Assembly (NCBI RefSeq): GCF_001194135.2
Contig: NC_068989.1
Location: forward strand, 51,372,600-51,427,454
Direction: 5' to 3'
From: Octopus bimaculoides
Lineage: Eukaryota
Length of the DNA: 54,855 bases
Every line of letters begins with the position of its first letter. Within the stretch, counting starts at the first letter, position 1. The notes below the pieces were generated by a model. That model was not told where the DNA came from. It was given only the letters and a program-made list of their open reading frames with translations, and made no database searches. This document shows, piece by piece, positions 24,491-38,004 of this stretch. The translations under genes and the position numbers were made by a program.

Positions 24491-25375
24491 ACCGCATAGA
24501 CAACGCATAATTTTGTATAAGTGTGAGCGGAAGTGGGCGGGATGGAATAGAGTAGTGAAGCCGTTATCGTCACATCGAACACAACAGGAAAAATGTAGTT
24601 TTCTAATATCTAAAATTAGATCTTTAGCGAGTTATAAATTAACTAGTATCATGACAGGCCGTTTTACGATCTCAGAAAATGGAACTTTACAACTGGCGAT
24701 ATCAACATCAAAACGGTAGGTCAAGGGGTGGTAAACGGGAATTTCTGATAGATGAGTGATGATAATAGAAAGAGAAGAGGGGATAGGGATGGCTAATAAG
24801 ACATTTTTGATTGTCATCTTAAAGGGGAAGAAAAATAAACTGTTGTAAGGAATACCACTTAAGGGATTATGGGTGGTATATAAATTGAAGGAGTAACTTT
24901 TTACCTTAGTTTACTTATACCGTTAATCAAAATGTAATAATATAGATATATAGAGGCTAGAAATAAATTTCATGTATAACTAAATAAGGGGATAACGTAT
25001 AATTTAATATGTGATGATATATTTTTGTAGTATATAACGAAATCAGGATAAAAGAAATCAGAAATTATAAATTGCCAGAAAATTGTAATGCTATACAAAC
25101 TTTAAAAACATATGGAAATAAAAGAATGTCAATATGTCAATAAAAATAAAAATAAATATAAAAATAATATATAGTATGATGAAATATAAAAAAAATATAA
25201 AGAATATATATATATATANNNNNNNNNNNNNNNNNNNNNNNNNNNNNNNNNNNNNNNNNNNNNNNNNNNNNNNNNNNNNNNNNNNNNNNNNNNNNNNNNN
25301 NNNNNNNNNNNNNNNNNAAACATAGGGAGGAAAATATAAAACAAAATATTTAATATATATAAAAAAATACAATGT

Positions 25376-26030
25376 GTTAAATATAGAATCTAATATAATA
25401 AATGCGAAACCTATTTTCTGTGTGTCAGAGTGTTACACTCTAACCCCCTCTCTCACTATTCAATGACACTTCTACTATTCCTCGTTCTGGAGTGAGAGTA
25501 ATAGTAGGCATAAAGAGGGTGAGTGCGGTGGCGAAGAGAGAGAGAAAACAAGAAAAAAAGAACGAAAGAAAAGAGAGGGAGAGAAAGAGAGACAAAGAAA
25601 TTTAGGGAGAGTTGATGTTGTATTAAAGTAGTAGTGTCCATGGTGGCAGTGGGAGTAATAATAATAAGAGAGAGAGAAAGAGTGGATATGTTTGAGAAAG
25701 TGGGACTGAACACTGAACCAGCATGCTGAACTAAGCTACTGAACACTGATGGTAATGGGGTGATAGTAATAGCATCAGCTGTAGTTGTGATAGAGGTGGA
25801 GGTGGCGGTAATGAAGGTGGTGGTGGTGGTAGCCGAGGTGGTCAGGGATAACGGTGAGAGTAAGCCATGTGAAAGACAGATGTGATGTTGGTGGAGGGGA
25901 AGGCATTGATGGTGGTGGCGTCAGAGATCTGAATGGTGTATATGGCAGATGTGGTGGCTATGGTGGTGGTACTGTTCTTTATCACGCAGCTTTGCAATAA
26001 GTTCCAAGTCGACAATATCACTGTTTTGAT
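25376..26030 (+). mobile_element. Possible non-autonomous Helitron-like element with a GA/GGT-rich low-complexity interior
   Basis: Starts with a Helitron-like 5' motif (aatctaatataataaatgcgaaa...ctgtgtgtc); no clear 3' hairpin-CTRR found. Confidence 0.3.
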
Positions 26031-27227
26031 GAAAATTGTTCATTTGTTGAAAAAATATTGTTCAAGTTTCATAGGGCGGCTTTTAAGCGAGTAATGTTAT
26101 GATTTTAGGCTCACAGTATATAAAGAATAAATTTAAACTCTCAAAGTATTAATAAAACATACAAAAATTATGAAAATTTTAAATGGACATTTATAGCCCT
26201 AAATATTTGGGGCTTTTTAACTGTACATTGTAGTGTACCTATGAGATGGTTTTTTTTTCTTGCGTACCTGTATATATCTATTTATTCTCACAATTCGCTA
26301 TATATGAGGTTGAGTCCAAACTCATTTCTTAGTACCCTTAATGAATCGCTGAATTACATGTACTAGTTGCCTCAACTACCACCTGAAGCTGCTTACTCTT
26401 TGACAGTTTCCTCATGCTTGTTATAACGTTAATCTGCTGAAGGACATAAGCGGCTCGGTACCACTTATATTACTGTATCCCCACCACGAGCCCTCTATCT
26501 TGTTTATTTTTTACTGACATATTCATTGTAAAGATTTTAACATGACTCCGGTTCAAATTGTAACTGACCAATTGTAGAGACCGCTGAACTTAGACACGCC
26601 CCATTGTGGACAATAGGTGGGATTCTCGTTATTATTTCTGTGAGTAAAATTTCTTAAGGACCTGACTGTAATGTTTGGGATATATTTGAGTTTACTACGT
26701 TAGCATAGGTACTGTCTTTTGATAATCATGTTAGTAATTTTCCTTATATATATTTTTTGATAACTTCTTTCCTTAAATTTTAGAACTTCTTGATCCTCCA
26801 CTAAAATTGAAACTACCCGTAAATAAATTTGTAGTATTTCCTAGACCATTACCAGCTCGCAATTTTACCTACATACATCGTAGCCCCAAGAATGTTAGAA
26901 TATATGCTTTGAATAAATTAGGCTTCTAGACTTCGTTTCTAGGACATGTTTTCTTTCCTATTCCTTCTTCACTTTGTTTATAATGGATGCTTTTGTTCTT
27001 TACTCTGATGAAGATCGAGACTTAATCCGAATGTCCTGTGAATATGAAGAATTCTATTTTCGCATTTATTCATAGGCAGCGCTTGGAAACAGATGAGGAA
27101 ACGGCCGTATGATTTGTTACGTCACCTATTTGTTATGCCATGATTTGTATATTAAAAAGAAAGCTATAGATGTGGTCCAATCGATGTGTTTGTTGATCCG
27201 AGGTTTTCTCCATTTTCTGGCTATTTG

Positions 27228-27284
<57 letters not shown>

Positions 27285-27817
27285 NNNNNNNNNNNNNNNN
27301 NNNNNNNNNNNNNNNNNNNNNNNNNNNNNNNNNNNNNNNNNNNNNNNNNNNNNNNNNNNNNNNNNNNNNNNNNNNNNNNNNNNNNNNNNNNNNNNNNNNN
27401 NNNNNNNNNNNNNNNNNNNNNNNNNNNNNNNNNNNNNNNNNNNNNNNNNNNNNNNNNNNNNNNNNNNNNNNNNNNNNNNNNNNNNNNNNNNNNNNNNNNN
27501 NNNNNNNNNNNNNNNNNNNNNNNNNNNNNNNNNNNNNNNNNNNNNNNNNNNNNNNNNNNNNNNNNNNNNNNNNNNNNNNNNNNNNNNNNNNNNNNNNNNN
27601 NNNNNNNNNNNNNNNNNNNNNNNNNNNNNNNNNNNNNNNNNNNNNNNNNNNNNNNNNNNNNNNNNNNNNNNNNNNNNNNNNNNNNNNNNNNNNNNNNNNN
27701 NNNNNNNNNNNNNNNNNNNNNNNNNNNNNNNNNNNNNNNNNNNNNNNNNNNNNNNNNNNNNNNNNNNNNNNNNNNNNNNNNNNNNNNNNNNNNNNNNNNN
27801 NNNNNNNNNNNNNNNNN

Positions 27818-27867
<50 letters not shown>

Positions 27868-28107
27868 GCATATTTAGATAGAGGGATATTGAAAGAAAGA
27901 TAGATAGATAGATAGAAAGATAGACAGAGCGAGAGAGATTCGAAAGAAATAAATAGAAAGAGTAACATATTGCGAATTAAACCATGACATGGGTTATAAT
28001 GATAATCTATAAATTACCTTGTCTGCCATGTATAAACGAAACATCTACACATGATGTCAGGAAAATTGTACATAACATAAAAGGAAGGTGTCCATCAATA
28101 TAGCGTT

Positions 28108-28167
28108 GAATTTCATTTCATTTCAAAGTTTCAGCTCAGAGCTGCGGCCATGCTGATGCACCACCGT
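28108..28167 (+). mobile_element. Short SINE/LINE 3'-tail fragment
   Basis: tttcatttcatttc...tttcagctcagagctgcggccatgctgatgcaccacc resembles the gcggccatgctggagcaccgcc motif of SINE family 2. Confidence 0.5.
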
Positions 28168-28944
28168 AATGATAACAAATAAAATATAGAAACACCCATG
28201 ATTATTTTATATTCAGTCAAATGACTCCAATCAGTAGTGATTGTAGATATTGAAATAAAACAATAATTTCTGACTAGACACAAATAAGCATGATACAATT
28301 AATCGTGAGAAATTAACTAGTCTGGCAATATTAACTGTGTACTAAAAATAACAGCACATCAGCAATATGAAATAAATACAAATAATTTAACTATCTAATA
28401 TATGATGCAGTCTAGGCTATAACTAACGGATATAATATTCATCTCGTACGACGCAAACAGAAATAATAATAAAGAAAATCATAATAAACTGTCTGGAAAA
28501 TACCCAATTACCCAAAGCAAAGCAGATACATCAAAGACACGAAAGCAGTAATAAAGAAGAAAAAAATATCAACAAGAACATTGTAAGTCCCGTAGGCTAT
28601 TGAAATAAAACATAAAGGAGCCAGTGTAGACTGATTACAATCTATCTACCTATGCAAAAACAATCGGCATGTGACACAGTTTTCTCTTGCGATATATATA
28701 TAATCTGAGTACTTAATTTTCAAATACCAAAACACAAACAACCTGTTTCAATTTTGAATTCTTTTTTTTTTTACTATATATATAACACAGCTATAAAACA
28801 CTGATTGAAATCCAATTTTTTTAAATTTGATCTGTATTTGGCAAAATGTCATCAAACTTGTCATACTTGGTGAACTTCACACAGCAGTGTAGAACATTTT
28901 TTGGTTTTGTATCGAAAAATTCCACACATCCATGAATTACCAAC

Positions 28945-29072
28945 TTTGGTAAATCGGGGACCTTAAGATTTTATTACGTGTGGGACACTGGAAGGGAATG
29001 ACGAAAACATTGGCCAGTTGTTGCTGATGGACCAGGAGTTGAGGGTGACAAAATTTCTGTATCCGAGTGTGT
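28945..29072 (+). mobile_element. Tc1/maT-like 3' end fragment with terminal inverted repeat
   Basis: FYYVWDT (DYYVWG motif relic) followed by aaatttctgtatccgagtgt before (TATG)n. Confidence 0.55.
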
Positions 29073-29134
29073 ATGTATGTATGTATGTATGTATACACAG
29101 AAACATAGACAAATACACACACACACACACGCAC

Positions 29135-29204
<70 letters not shown>

Positions 29205-29455
29205 GTATAAAGTATGTAAGTATGTATCCATATTGCATGAAAAGAAATCATCTAAAATGCTCTCATGGTTTGAACGAATGTTTCTAGGAGTAGGAAAACA
29301 AGCATGGAAAGTCGGGGAATGATGGAGATTAGTATTTGCGACACAAAAATTGCAACTGATTAGTGTTAATAGGGCAATTATCAGCGACTCTATAACTGTC
29401 ATATGCACAAAGACCAGGTTAGAAGTGTGTGTATGTGTGTGTATGCGTGTGTCTA

Positions 29456-29554
<99 letters not shown>

Positions 29555-29600
29555 GAGTGAGTGAGTGAGAGAGAAAGAAAGACCGAGATAGATAGACAAA
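29072..29600. repeat. Microsatellite cluster: (TATG)n, (CA)n, (TA)n, (GA)n
   Basis: Read directly; the (GA)n tract is at about 29460-29580. Confidence 0.9.
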
Positions 29601-29652
29601 ATAAGTATGTGCGCGTGGAATGTATATATGTATAGTACAGAACAATAGTCTT

Positions 29653-29785
29653 CATAGTTTGGTGTGGAACTACTCAATATGTTCCAACACAGCAGCATAT
29701 TAATAATACTTATCTTTCCTTTCTCTTCTTCTCACCTTCTCTTTCTCTCTCTTTATGATATACATACATACATACTTACACGCAA

Positions 29786-29837
<52 letters not shown>

Positions 29838-29966
29838 GTGTAAGTATGTATGTATGTATATCATAAAGAGAGAGAAAGAGAGGGTGAGAAGAAGAGAAAG
29901 GAAAGATAAGTATTATTAATACGCTGCTGTGTTGGAACATATTGAGTAGTTCCACACCAAACTATG
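29653..29966. repeat. Near-perfect 134-bp inverted duplication around a 46-bp (TA)n(TG)n spacer
   Basis: Arms 29653-29786 and 29833-29966 differ at only two positions by my alignment (29697/29922 and 29737/29882). Confidence 0.95.
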
Positions 29967-30522
29967 TATATATGTTTATGCACTTGTCAGTGTATTTTTA
30001 TGTGTGTGCGTGCCCTCGCGCGTGTGTATATATGCATCTATGCATATGTGTAAATACATATAAATGTATAGCCGGTATTTGGCGTACAGTGAATTAGAAT
30101 ATTTACTGTGTTATAGACCATTGCTGGCTGCGTGAGGAGGTTAGAACATCTTATGCAATTATTTAAACGTATCGTCTTGCCATGAAATTCAATACTCGAT
30201 GTAATCCGAGCTGGTTTTCATGAAAATATGTTAGTTACGATTACCAGAATAAGATGTTACTCATTGTAACTGACTTTCCGTGATTGGAAAACATTATTTT
30301 TGCAGAAAAGTTGCTGTGTTGATTTTATTTTATTATTTTCTTGTGGTAGTAAGAATATCACAGCTACTTAGTTTATGTAATCATTTAGTACTCATGGATA
30401 TTGAATTTTGTTTCTTAGGAGACGAGCCGTTAGAGAAGCAATATTGTGATAAATAACTTTATTGATCTACGTCCTTTTAAGAGTAAAAGCACTGGTAATT
30501 GAGAGGTATGAATTCGTGCTAT

Positions 30523-30574
<52 letters not shown>

Positions 30575-32489
30575 TGTGTGTGTGTCTATGTATGTGCGGG
30601 TGTATGTCTGCATGTGTGTGTGTGTGTGTCTGTATATTTTGAACTCGTTAGCGATGTTTGAATGAATTTTCTAGTAGTGAGGAAGTGTAGATGTGGCCAC
30701 ATAAATATACACACATGCATATATCAATCATGGAACGTTTTATCTTTCTTAGAAACCGGTTCCTTTTTCGGAGGAAGAATCTAAACAATTAAAAACAAGA
30801 GAAACACATCTGTCTCCAGAAGGATTTGAACTGAAATTCTCCAATATGAGAAAACTGAGAAAAATTCATAGTTCGTAACAAAAGTTAGAAGGATGGAAAG
30901 GAACAAGTAATAAAAGGAAGTCACATGTTTTCAGTATATGCATTTTTGTGTTTTGCGGCTGAAAGTGTGTTTTTCGCAGTATAGGAAAAAATGTCTTATT
31001 TATCTGACCCGTACCTGATTTCGGTGAATTCAACTCCACATTTTGTGTACTTTATTGCACTTGGTTTATCATTAACAACTGTTCACTTTAGAATCAGTTA
31101 TTGTAACTGGACTAAAACATATGTGGAAGGATGCAAAACACCCAGAATTCGGATGGTAATCCTTCATGTTAAGAACGCTAGTATCAGTAAGTTGTCCGGC
31201 ATTTGATAAAATCCAAAGCATGATTGATATTCACAATAGTTCCAAGATCACAAGCGACAGTCAGCAGGAGCTGGGAACATCATTTACCCGATGGAATATA
31301 GCATAAATTCTGTACATAATTAAGCACAGATGTAAATAAAACGAGCGAAAGTGCTATTTATCTCCCAATATTTTACACAAATAGTGTATGTTAATTTTGT
31401 TCTAAAGAACAATTCGGAAATCGATTGGAAATATCAACTATAGTGATATTATTTTTGGTAATGACGATGACATCTGAGTGGAGATGGAAACATAATGGTA
31501 ACGACAAAATATAGACCTATTGAAAGCTAAACAAAAAAAGAAAACAATTGAACATTAATATTTATAATGTCTGATATTAGTTTAACTCTACACATTTACG
31601 TTTCATTTGCTAAGGTTGCTTATAAATTTCTGTGTTACATTTATTTATATAAACTGTCATCTCCGTTACTCGTCGTTTTACTTGTAATATTTTTTTCCTT
31701 TGCCTGTATTTTCGGTTAGACATTTGATTTAAATATTCATTAGTTTCCGATTGCTAATTGAACAATAAAACTTCCCTTTCCTGTGTAATTTCTATCGCCT
31801 CTATCTACGAATTATGGTATCGTAAAATCGTTAGAAATTTATATGATTAATGAATGAAGATCACTACTTTATATTCTTTTATCTCATATTCTTTAACGTA
31901 GTGTATATTATCACACCCCGCCACACTGAAATATAACCAATTCGAAAGTACTCTATTGTTATAAATGTCCCCAGTGTCTATCAGGTTAAGTACAGATGTA
32001 AGTAATTATTACAAACAATGTGATTTAGGATCAAGATGACAAATCATCGGCTTAGAATTTAGAAGTGTCAAGCGGACATTGTGACAAAAGGGTTCCACTG
32101 ATAATTAAAAGACCAAGCTTATAGGAATATTGATGTAAACATCAGTTTTATTGCTAAAAGGGGACTTGAATGATTTTTGCTCCCTCATAGTAAAAAATGA
32201 GAAGCTACGATAAATACTAAAATCATAAATTTCTTGGAAAACATTAATAACATAACACCAATATGATGTAAATCAAGTAGATTATCACCGTATATAAATT
32301 TAAATAGAGACAAAGTTTCGTTAGCAGTGCATGGCTCTCTCGGAAGGCATTCAACCAGAAGTTAGGAATTTTATCCTTTCCTCGTGACTTCAATTTGCTT
32401 GACTTCCTGAAAGCAAATCTTACATCCTCTACCTTGATACCCCCTAATGTTTCTCTACTAAGCGGTCATAGTAAGTAACGAGCCAAGAT

Positions 32490-33120
32490 TAGATGTACAA
32501 CATAATGTTTCAATTTTCAACTACCACGGAATATTGAAGCGATACCGTGTTATTTTTGGCGAGAAACTCACCGGGGAGGAGAGCTCGATGACAAGGTGCA
32601 TTATTTTCGTGAAGAAATCCAATTCTTCGCGCTTTCTTCGAATGTCTTCTTTCAAACACTTCAAAACATTGCAGTAGAACTCTCGATTGACGATCTGGCC
32701 TCGGGGGAGGGGTGATTCTCGATACACAATACCACAGATGACAAAAACAACGAAGGGCATGCTTTTGAGAGAGTTGTGGCTCTCTCATGCTTTTGAAATG
32801 CCCATGCCACTCGAAACATTGTGTCGTAACTGTAAGGTTACCGAAACATGCTCAATGTCTCTGTAGTAAATTTCCCAAGTTTAACGCAAGATTTCACCTT
32901 GGCACTATGTTCCAACTTCTTGTCCGTAACAAAAATCGCAGAGTGCAGCATATACGTGTGTACAAAAGCGCAAATTTCATAACTTGTGAAGTAAACACAG
33001 CGATGTCACTCGGCATACTGCCTCATGAAAATCACTGCTCGCTCTCACAGCGCAAGCAGCCGTGTACTGTCATCTGTTAGCACGCTACAGAACTCGCCAG
33101 GGACATTTAACATGATACAA
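32490..33120 (-). mobile_element. Internally deleted mariner element
   Basis: DKKLEHSAKVKSCVKLGK, QCFEWHGHFKS, GIVYRESPLPRGQIVNREFYCNVLKCLKEDIRRKR, LHENNAPCHRA. Confidence 0.88.
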
Positions 33121-34924
33121 AGCTGTTAGATATATCTCAAATACACATTTCTAATGCTACGTTGGATCAGAATCTGAAACTGCGCAACGTATTGAATTCA
33201 GTCAGAGAATCACCGAAGGACCAACTATTGTCAACCGTAGTATGCATTAGGGTATGAAAATTATCAGCTGAATATTCCGTGATAGTTGAAATTTGAAACA
33301 TTGTGTATTACATCTAATCTCGTCTCGTTACTTACTTTGACCGCTTGTAAGGGAATTAAAAAATTTGTAATTAATATGTTACCGTATTCTTTTAAATTTT
33401 ATCAACTATTAATACATATCAAGAATGATCAAACTATTAACGGTTCATCACTTGATTGATGAGAATACAACACATTCTCGCAGTTTGCCGTTTAAAGATA
33501 ACGAAATTTAATAACCAGTTTGTGAGTTATTAGTTTATTTAGCAAGTGTCTAAACTAACAGGTTTTATCCAGGTTTTAATTAGAAATGGGATGATGAGAA
33601 AATGAAAGAAACAAATTTAAAAATTCGAAAATATAAATAATCAGATGGCTATAATATTAAAAATATATTAATTTTATTGTTATTATCTAAAGATACAATA
33701 TCTAAATGTATTCATCCACGTGCTTCTCAATGTGGAGCCTGTATTTACTTCGTTTTTCAACAAGTAGCAGAGAGACAAAAACTGGAGGTGAATATGCAGA
33801 AACATTCTAGCACTGGATATAATGCATTGCAGGATCGCTTCCTACGTTTTAAATAAAATTCCAGTCTAGTTCAAACTTCCACCTATTGTTTTATGGCTAG
33901 GACAGCCAAGTACTAAAGTAGCAATAGTTGCTGTAAATGTTGTTATTTGATGAGCAGAAAAATGCATATTGTTTAATAATATTTCAATAACTTCCAATAA
34001 CTCTAATTATTGACTGCATAAAGAGGCACACGCATTCAAATACTTGGTGTTATTCAGAACAGTTTATTTCATCGAACCCGCAAGGATGAAAGAAAAACTT
34101 ACCACACCGGTCCTAAATTATAATATAAAGGACTGTAACTAAACAATAACTGTCAAGTTTCCTTGTGTTGGAAGGATGCTAATCAACAATTATTTATTTT
34201 AACACGTTCCTTTCATTTCTATACTGGCATCAAAGATTGGACGCGCACACGCAAGCTTCCACAATGTTTCGTGGAAATTGTACTTTAGAATACACGTGAT
34301 ATTAATGTGCGTGTTCTAAAGTATACTAAAATAAATTTCACATACAGAAAACGTAACATGTTACAATTTTTAATATGTTGTGCTGAGGTGATATGCACAC
34401 AAGCGCGTGGGCACACACGAATACACACGCATGCATGTGCGTAGATTCAAAATAGCATTTGGAGGAATTTAGCTGTGATACATCTAAAGGCCGTTTGCTT
34501 TTTAAACATAATTTCTCACGTTGATTTGGCGAAAATATTGCGGTGTTCGTTACTGTGGAATACTCAGAAGTTCAGACTTTCAAATCACGAGTGGGAAATC
34601 AGATGGGTAGGCAACCGAATCCTCTATTCCGAACCCTCCATTGGAATGAGACAACATCACCTCCTACTCCAGTTTGCTAACATTCTTAAAAACCTGAAAA
34701 TATCAGAAAATGAGGAACTCTGAATTGAAGAAAGATATCCGCATAAATATTTTAGAACAATAAAAGATTTTGATCTATAATCATGTTGTTCAGTGGACAA
34801 AACCAATAGAACAACGGAAAACATCGAAATACTCTCATATCTTATATATGCTCTCATATCTTATATGAAGGGGATATATGCATTCATGAATCTTTATATT
34901 ATAGGTACAAGGTATGCATATTAC

Positions 34925-35290
34925 AGGAGGAGACTAGTCGATTGCTTCGACATAAGTGCTCAACTTTTACTTAGTTTTTCAAAGCGACCACGATTTGAAT
35001 TTGAACTGAGAAAGTGCCGAGAGACGAAAAGTCACTGCGCTTGTGTCTGGTGCGCTAACGATTCTGTCAGCAACCTGTCTTTGCGTATATACTAATAATC
35101 CTTTGTACTACAAGTACATAGTCTGGAATATTCGGAGAGAGGACGATTATGTTGATATTAGTTCTTAACTGATATTTCTTTTATCGACCTCTAAATGATG
35201 AAAGGCATAGTTATCTGCAGTGGGAGTAGAAGTCAGGACGTCACTAAGCATTGTGCCTGGTGTAATAGGGATCCTCTCAGTTTACCACCT
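34925..35290 (-). mobile_element. Two adjacent degenerate SINE family-1 copies
   Basis: ctagtcgatt...gaatttgaactgagaa...gtgcgctaacgattctg (34925-35080) and taataatcctttgtactac...ttatcgacctctaaatgatgaaaggca (35094-35290). Confidence 0.7.
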
Positions 35291-35599
35291 TACTCTAGGC
35301 ACTAATAAGGAACTCCATTGTGTACAGAAATGTTATTGTGTACAGAGATGTTGAGATAATTTCATATGTCCTAGGTTGTTATGACGTAATAAAATTACGC
35401 AGATTTACAGGGAGATTTTGTAAAGAACGAGTATAGACTTGGTATGGACGCGCAAACACAATTAATATCAGTTTGACGGATAGTGTAAGGAAATATCTCT
35501 TGATGAAATATTTCCATAATACTCTGAGATGCTTTGCAAACAACTTGCATATGCAAGTGCTACCAGTCGAAAGTTCCGCATACCGGAAGCCAGCAAGTG

Positions 35600-37620
35600 T
35601 ATGGTGCCATCAGGAGAGAATGCACGCCGTTTCAGGGGACTACCTCTCGACAGCAACATAGCACACCGGTCCCCCGTCACTGATATGAGGCCCTACTCGC
35701 TAGATCAACTCGTTATCAAAAAAGTTCAATATTCTAGCCATCGCTCATCATCTCTTTTTAATCAAATCCATTGGCTAGCCTTTTCTACTGTGGTTTGGAT
35801 ATCGTTCATGGTGGTATTCACTTCACGATAAATTAGGCCTAACGGTAACAACAGTCGCCTTCGATGGGAAGATGCTCTGCTTTCCAGCCTGTATCTTCAC
35901 ATTCCTCGAGGAGGTTTACATAATGGTCAATCTTTCGAGCCCGTGCGGTATACATGTTGTCTTCATAACGAACCGTTAACTCGAAGAGATTCACCACTTT
36001 CTTTCTTTCACACCACATTATAATAGCCGGTTTTTTCGCCACTGAAATGGGGAAGAATCCTTGGCACACTGATAAAGCCACCGCCAACAGTCGCTCTACT
36101 TTTCATCGCTCTTTTTCTTCTTATAACGGATCTGTTGTCCTGCGCGGACGAAGGTAATGAAATCGCCGATTAGTTCTTTCATCGGTTTATTTTCCCACTG
36201 TTGATGAGAGCAATTCGGTTCTTTATTGCATTGAAAATAACCTTAAGGACCAGGTTGTGTCTCTATGTATATCTATTCAATGCTAATGAACAGTTGGAAA
36301 GAATATGTTTCAGTCTTCCGACCTTTCCGCATTTACACATATCAATCTCTGAGACGTTCCTTCTTACTAGATTTGTAGGAGATGACAAGACATCATAGGA
36401 TAAGCGAATTAGAAAACCTAGCCGAGTTGTAGCCCACTACCATATCTCATTCCAACAGTTTTTTCTCTCAACGACATGCTCCTCCCTTCTCGTCATCTCT
36501 CCTTGTTGAAAGCAGTGGATCAAGCGAAGTTCTCTTCTCTCTGTTTCTCTTGTTTTCACGCTGTTGCTAACAACAGATGTGCGTTCGGTCCGTATAATAC
36601 TTTCAAACGGTCTGAACCGATCTGCGCCAAAACCAAGTCCCTTTCGATAAATTTGTGTTACCCCCACCATATCTTGGTGTGTAAGACAGAATATCATCAG
36701 TCGCTATGTCTTCCTTCCACTTCCTGGCCGTTTTTACATCTGGTGGATTATGCCTGATTTCTATGTACTTCGACTCTCAGCATCATCACCGTCGTACCTT
36801 CCCTATATTATATATTTCGACTATTGACGCCAGTAGTAACTGCAACGAGCCTCTTTTACAATAGTGAGCTGAACTGTTAATTAACCGAGGGTGGCCTAGC
36901 CACATTCTAATGAATACGTTACCTTTTTGTTCAATGCTTTGAACTCGTGACAGTGCAACCTCGTATATTAAAAGTGCTCACGAAAGTCGCGGATACAAGC
37001 CGAACAGTAAGCGTAGCTCTGTGTTCTCAATTGCTGCTAATCCAACCTCAGCTTCTTTCATAATTTACACCCCGCGACCCTATCTGACAATGTTCTAGCG
37101 TATACTCACCGCAAGCACTTGACGACTACTTCCTTAACAGTTGGAGTGTTTTCTATAGCTATTAGAAACTTTACTTCTTTCTGCTTTCTGCACTCTCTTA
37201 ATAAATATCAGACTACGCGACTTTTCGCTCTGAATCGCATTCTTGACCACTTTGCAAACTCGTCTAGCCTCAAGAGGGCACTCTACATGATTTACCTGTC
37301 TGTTGATAGAAGTGTCACGTCATCCATGAAAGCTTTCTTAGGTGATTGTACATAGGTGATTTGTTCCGAAACGTTCGCTGCTTTCAAAATCATCTCCATG
37401 ACTAAGATAAACCACGCGACAGATATTGTTCAGCCAGAAGTAATGCAAATCTTCAATCGGTGCCAATCTGTTGTGAAATCTCCAGTCGTAAACTTCATCT
37501 CGAAACTGTCATAATATATCTTCATTACTTTGGTTACTTTGTCTGGAATGTGGAATTGGTCCATGGCTCTCATCAGTAATTGCTGTGCCACTGAGCCATA
37601 AGTATTTTTGGAAACAAGGT
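35600..37620 (-). mobile_element. HERO-type (R2 superfamily, RLE) non-LTR retrotransposon, 5'-truncated
   Basis: RT: TYGSVAQQLL, TISVAWFILVMEMI, KAFMDDVT, KSRSL. Linker: HQDMVGVTQIYRKGLG, QQGEMT. RLE: FELTVRYEDN...RKIDHYVNLLEECEDTGWKAEHLPIE. Confidence 0.85.
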
Positions 37621-37794
37621 AACATATTCAAAGTGAACGCCTTTAAAATTGTACATAGAATTCAAAACGAATTATATGCTGTAGTAAACCACCCATTCTT
37701 ACTATTAGCATCCTCATTGAAATACATTATGTTAAGAGAAATAGTGATATCTAACCCTAAACACACTGTAATATGTTTAGACGATAATAAAATA

Positions 37795-38004
37795 TACAGG
37801 GTGTCCACAAGGTCTGGATACATATATTAAATAAAATCATAACATAAACAATTAAATATCAGAAATAATAATTTCTTAAAGCATGTGTTAATCCCCATGT
37901 GGGTATAGGGAGTAAATAAATTCATAACATAAACAATTAAATATTAAAAAATAATAGTTTCTTAAAGTATGAGTACCATGTACCCAGACTTTGTGGACAC
38001 TATA
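37795..38004. mobile_element. Tc1-type MITE with ~27-bp TIRs and an internal ~58-bp direct repeat
   Basis: Left tacagggtgtccacaaggtctggatacat, right atgtacccagactttgtggacactata, TA at both ends; direct repeats at about 37828-37885 and 37913-37970. Confidence 0.85.

Noticed and set aside
35600-35660. GAAA...CTGATGG in the HERO 3' region
   Set aside because: The core is imperfect and there is no stem II pairing.
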